64,000 nucleotides of DNA from Guillardia theta CCMP2712 (taxonomy: Eukaryota > Protista > Cryptophyta). The notes under the pieces were generated by a model. That model ran no database searches. It saw only the letters and a program-made list of their open reading frames with translations, and had not been told where the DNA came from. A program made the position numbers and the translations under genes. The stretch is from contig NW_005434554.1 of the NCBI RefSeq assembly GCF_000315625.1, positions 139,869-203,868 of the forward strand, given 5' to 3'. Below, piece after piece: positions 60,769-64,000 of this stretch; the stretch's first letter is position 1, and each line of letters starts with the position of its first letter.

Positions 60769-61753
60769 CCTGCAACGGGGCTGATCAGAACCGGAGGGAT
60801 AACGGTCAATATCTTTGCTCCTTTGTTTGCATGCCTCTCATCACAATCATCAGATCCTCTTATTTCAGGCTCCTCCTCATCGACCACCATCAACCTTCAC
60901 TACAGAATAGCCTACCAGACTCTTCCAACATGTACACCTTGTCCTCTCCCTTGCGCTGTTCTTGCCAAATCTTTCCCTTCTCCCTTCACTCTGCTGTACC
61001 TTCATCAACATCCTTGTGACCTTTGCTTATCCTCCTGGGATTTTCGTCTCCTCTCTTCCACCATGGCCGCCTTGCACTCGCACCTCCCCCCCACAATCTC
61101 TCCCTCCCCTCCTTTCCCTCGATCTCCCTTTCTGCCTTCGTCCAAATTGGTGATCTCCTCTCCTCTCTTCCTCACTCTATCTTCGCCTTCCTCCTCTCCT
61201 CCTCTCCTCCTCTCCTCCTCTCCTCCTCTCCTCCTCTCCTCCTCTCCTCCTCTCATTCTTCGTCTCTTCCTCTTTTCCTGCATGCTTCTCCCCCTCACTG
61301 CCTTCTACCATTGCGACACCTCGTACATCCTCTGTACCCCTCACCCACCCCTTGCTAGAACTCATTACACAGACCCCTCTATGCACTCTGATACCACCCC
61401 ATTCTCTTTCACACCGGTACTTGGAAATCAAGTACCCCTACATGATTGTTTTGCTATCTGAGTCATAACCCCTACAATCATTCAGTGTACCCCTACTTCT
61501 TAGCATACACCCCTATTTTTTGATGGTGTCCGTTTCTACACCCCTACTCTTCGGATCGCTACCCCTAGCTAGCGATTGTGGCACTTGGTCCCAGGCTTGG
61601 GTCTGTGGGTCCTCCAAGAAATATTATTGGTAGGGGAGGCGGGCGAAAAATTCGAAAATGCGAAAAATCGGGATGGGAAGGAGTTGGAAGAGGAGGGAGG
61701 AAGGAAGAGTGATGGAGGGAGAGGAAGGATCAGGAGGAGGAGGAGGAAGGATC

Positions 61754-61786
<33 letters not shown>

Positions 61787-62035
61787 GGGAGGAGGGGGGA
61801 AAGGAGGAGGAGGAGTAGGAGGAGTAGGAGGAGTAAGAGGAGGAGGAGGAGGATCCAAGGGATGGAATGAGACTGGATGGTTCCGAGAAACTGGGAGCAA
61901 GGGATCAGAGGAGTATCTTCTAGTGGAGAAAGGGAGGAGAGAGGCTTTGGAGGCGATAAAATTCATCGTCATGGTGACTCTTCTGCCCTCAGACTGCCCG
62001 AGCATGATTGACTAAAGGACTTCGAGCCGCCTGCC

Positions 62036-62883
62036 ATGTCCTCTCCTCTGTCGTCAGTCTCTCTCTTCAGCAGCATGCCCTCCAGGACGACCTCTCCTCG
62101 CACTTCCGCCCTCAACCGAGTCAGGGAGCGCGTGAAAGCTGTATCGAGCAGGTACTCGTCCAACCCGCAGTCCCAGGACACAAGTCTGCTGAGCACGTCG
62201 AGTCAAACCCTGGAGGAGGAGGTGAGAACCGAGCGGGAAGGAGTGTCGAAGAACAACACGAGCATCGAGCGGAAGTACCAGGAGGAGGTGATCAAGATAC
62301 ACGCGCTGTGGAAGCAGGCGAAGAGCGAGCTGAAGCACAAGGACGATGAGCTGAGAGAGAACCGACGGGAGTTGGAGAGAGAGAGGAGTAAGCTGCAGGA
62401 GGCTCACGCGGTTGAGAGGGCACACCTCATGAGGGAGCTTGAGCGGGTCAAGGTGGAGATGACGGAGCGAGAGCGAGAGTACGAGAGGAGGGAGCAGAGC
62501 CTGCGGTCTGCAGTAAGGGACATGGGCATTCAGATGGAGAAGGCGGAGGAGGTGATGCAGCGGGCGATGAGGTACAAGGTTGTGTGCTGGAGGGCGGCGA
62601 TGGTGAAGCTTGTTGGTGTGCAGGCAGCGGGACGAGCAGGAGGGAGCGGCAGCGGAGGCGAGGGAGGAGATAGCGAGGCTGCAGGAGGAGCTGAAGGAGA
62701 TCAAGATGCACGTCTCTAGCCGCGAAAAGCGGCTGCAGCAGGTCCTGACGTCCCTGGAGGAGGAGAACAAGTCTCTGAGCTCTGCGGTCCAAGCTAAGTC
62801 CGACGAGCTCGAGGGCTGCCTGAGGAGGTTGAAGCAGGGGGATGCTGACAACGAAGAGAGCTCCAAGCAGATCCAGCGGGTAA

Positions 62884-62936
<53 letters not shown>

Positions 62937-63674
62937 CGCTCCCGCTCCCGCTCCTGCCCCCGCTCCTGCTCCCACCCCCGCTCCTGTATCGCTCTCGACG
63001 AATCGAGGTTTGAGTCTCCGAAATTCAGATGCTGAGGAAGCTGGATGCTTCGAACCAGCAGGCAGAGGAGCTACGAGAGCAGGTGAAGGTGTACAGGAGC
63101 CGAACGGAGGTAGCAGAAGGCGAGCTCATCATGTCATGTGAAGCAGACGATGTCCTTCATCCTCCTCCTCACCTCACCTTGCAGCCAAGATCGTCGATAA
63201 CCTCCGGGGAGAGCTGCGACTCGTGCAGGATGAGCTGGAGGAGATGAAGCAGAAGAAAAGGAACCAAACGCTGCAGATGGACCAGCAGGAGGTACGTATC
63301 CTCTTCCTAACCCTCCCTCACTCCCTCCGCTTCCTCCACACCCTCTTCGACTCGCTTCCCCCACCCCTTCTCCCTCCCTCTCTGGCCTCCTTGCTGCTTC
63401 TCGCCCCATTATCGCAAACCCCTCCTCACGTCTCTTTCTTTCCCCTCTTCCCCGCTCCCCTTCTCCCCCGCTCCCTTCCACCTCCTCCACCTCCTCCACC
63501 TCCTCCACCTCCTCCACCTCTTCGTCCCTGTCCCTGCTCCTGCTGCTCGTCGCTGTCTTCTGTTTCATTTTCGCTCATCGGTGCTTTCAGGTGCAATCAG
63601 CTCTGACGACGATGCGACAAGAGATCAAACACCTCAAGAAAGACAAGGTCAAGACAATACACCACCTCCTCCTC

Positions 63675-63715
<41 letters not shown>

Positions 63716-64000
63716 AGTCCTCTCCTCCTGCTCCTGCTCCTCCTGATGCTCTCGTTCTTTGTGTTCCTGTTGCTCAAGTACTGTGCTCTGCTGTGGAATG
63801 CTATCCTTGCTCCTTGCTCCTCTCCTTCTCTTGACTTTGTCCGCACTTATCCTCTCCTCCCTTCTTCCCTCCCCTCCCGCCACTCCTCACCTGCATGCAA
63901 CAGGAGCGGCTCCTCTCAGCCTTGGAGTCGTCAGGTCAATTCTCATCTCTGGCAAAGGCGCTTACACAGACAGAGGAAAGGACTATGGCGCTCTTCCGCT
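62036..64000 (+). CDS. Long coiled-coil protein (multi-exon, runs off window)
   Basis: E/K/R/L heptad-rich exons at 62036-62578, ~62624-62879, ~63029-63109 and ~63184-63290 with GT-AG introns. Confidence 0.7.

Noticed and set aside
59902-61461. 519-aa plus-strand ORF
   Set aside because: It is the antisense shadow of the alpha-kinase exon plus CT-rich low-complexity DNA and has no domain features.
686-63883. Numerous poly-L/S/P/E/R/C ORFs in the track
   Set aside because: They are translations of microsatellites, N gaps or antisense frames rather than genes.

Overview
Compact, gene-dense eukaryotic nuclear DNA with many short GT-AG introns (CTGAC-type branch sites), abundant CT/GA microsatellites and several N gaps. 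The style and gene content suggest a cryptophyte alga such as Guillardia; this is inference, not a database match. About 19 protein-coding genes were reconstructed by hand-splicing: F-box/LRR, BAR+auxilin J-domain, WW/coiled-coil, PP2C, a giant EML-like WD40/PDZ/EF-hand protein, two PTGES2-like GSTs flanking a SIRT4-like sirtuin, mitochondrial HslV, a GH13 amylase-like protein, an EXD2-like exonuclease, KCR/HSD17B12-like SDR, RING-H2, MutT Nudix, an iGluR-like channel, a degenerate alpha-kinase protein and a coiled-coil protein. The standout is a tandem pair of intronless genes encoding a Cys-rich/SAP/HNH-endonuclease/Ser-Thr kinase fusion, arranged head-to-head with EXD2 and co-duplicated with part of it; this is a candidate nuclease-kinase defence or effector system. 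Also present are a Tourist-like MITE, intronic minisatellites and a recurring upstream sequence architecture. No rRNA, tRNA or CRISPR array was supportable. Gene boundaries are approximate where splicing or gaps intervene.
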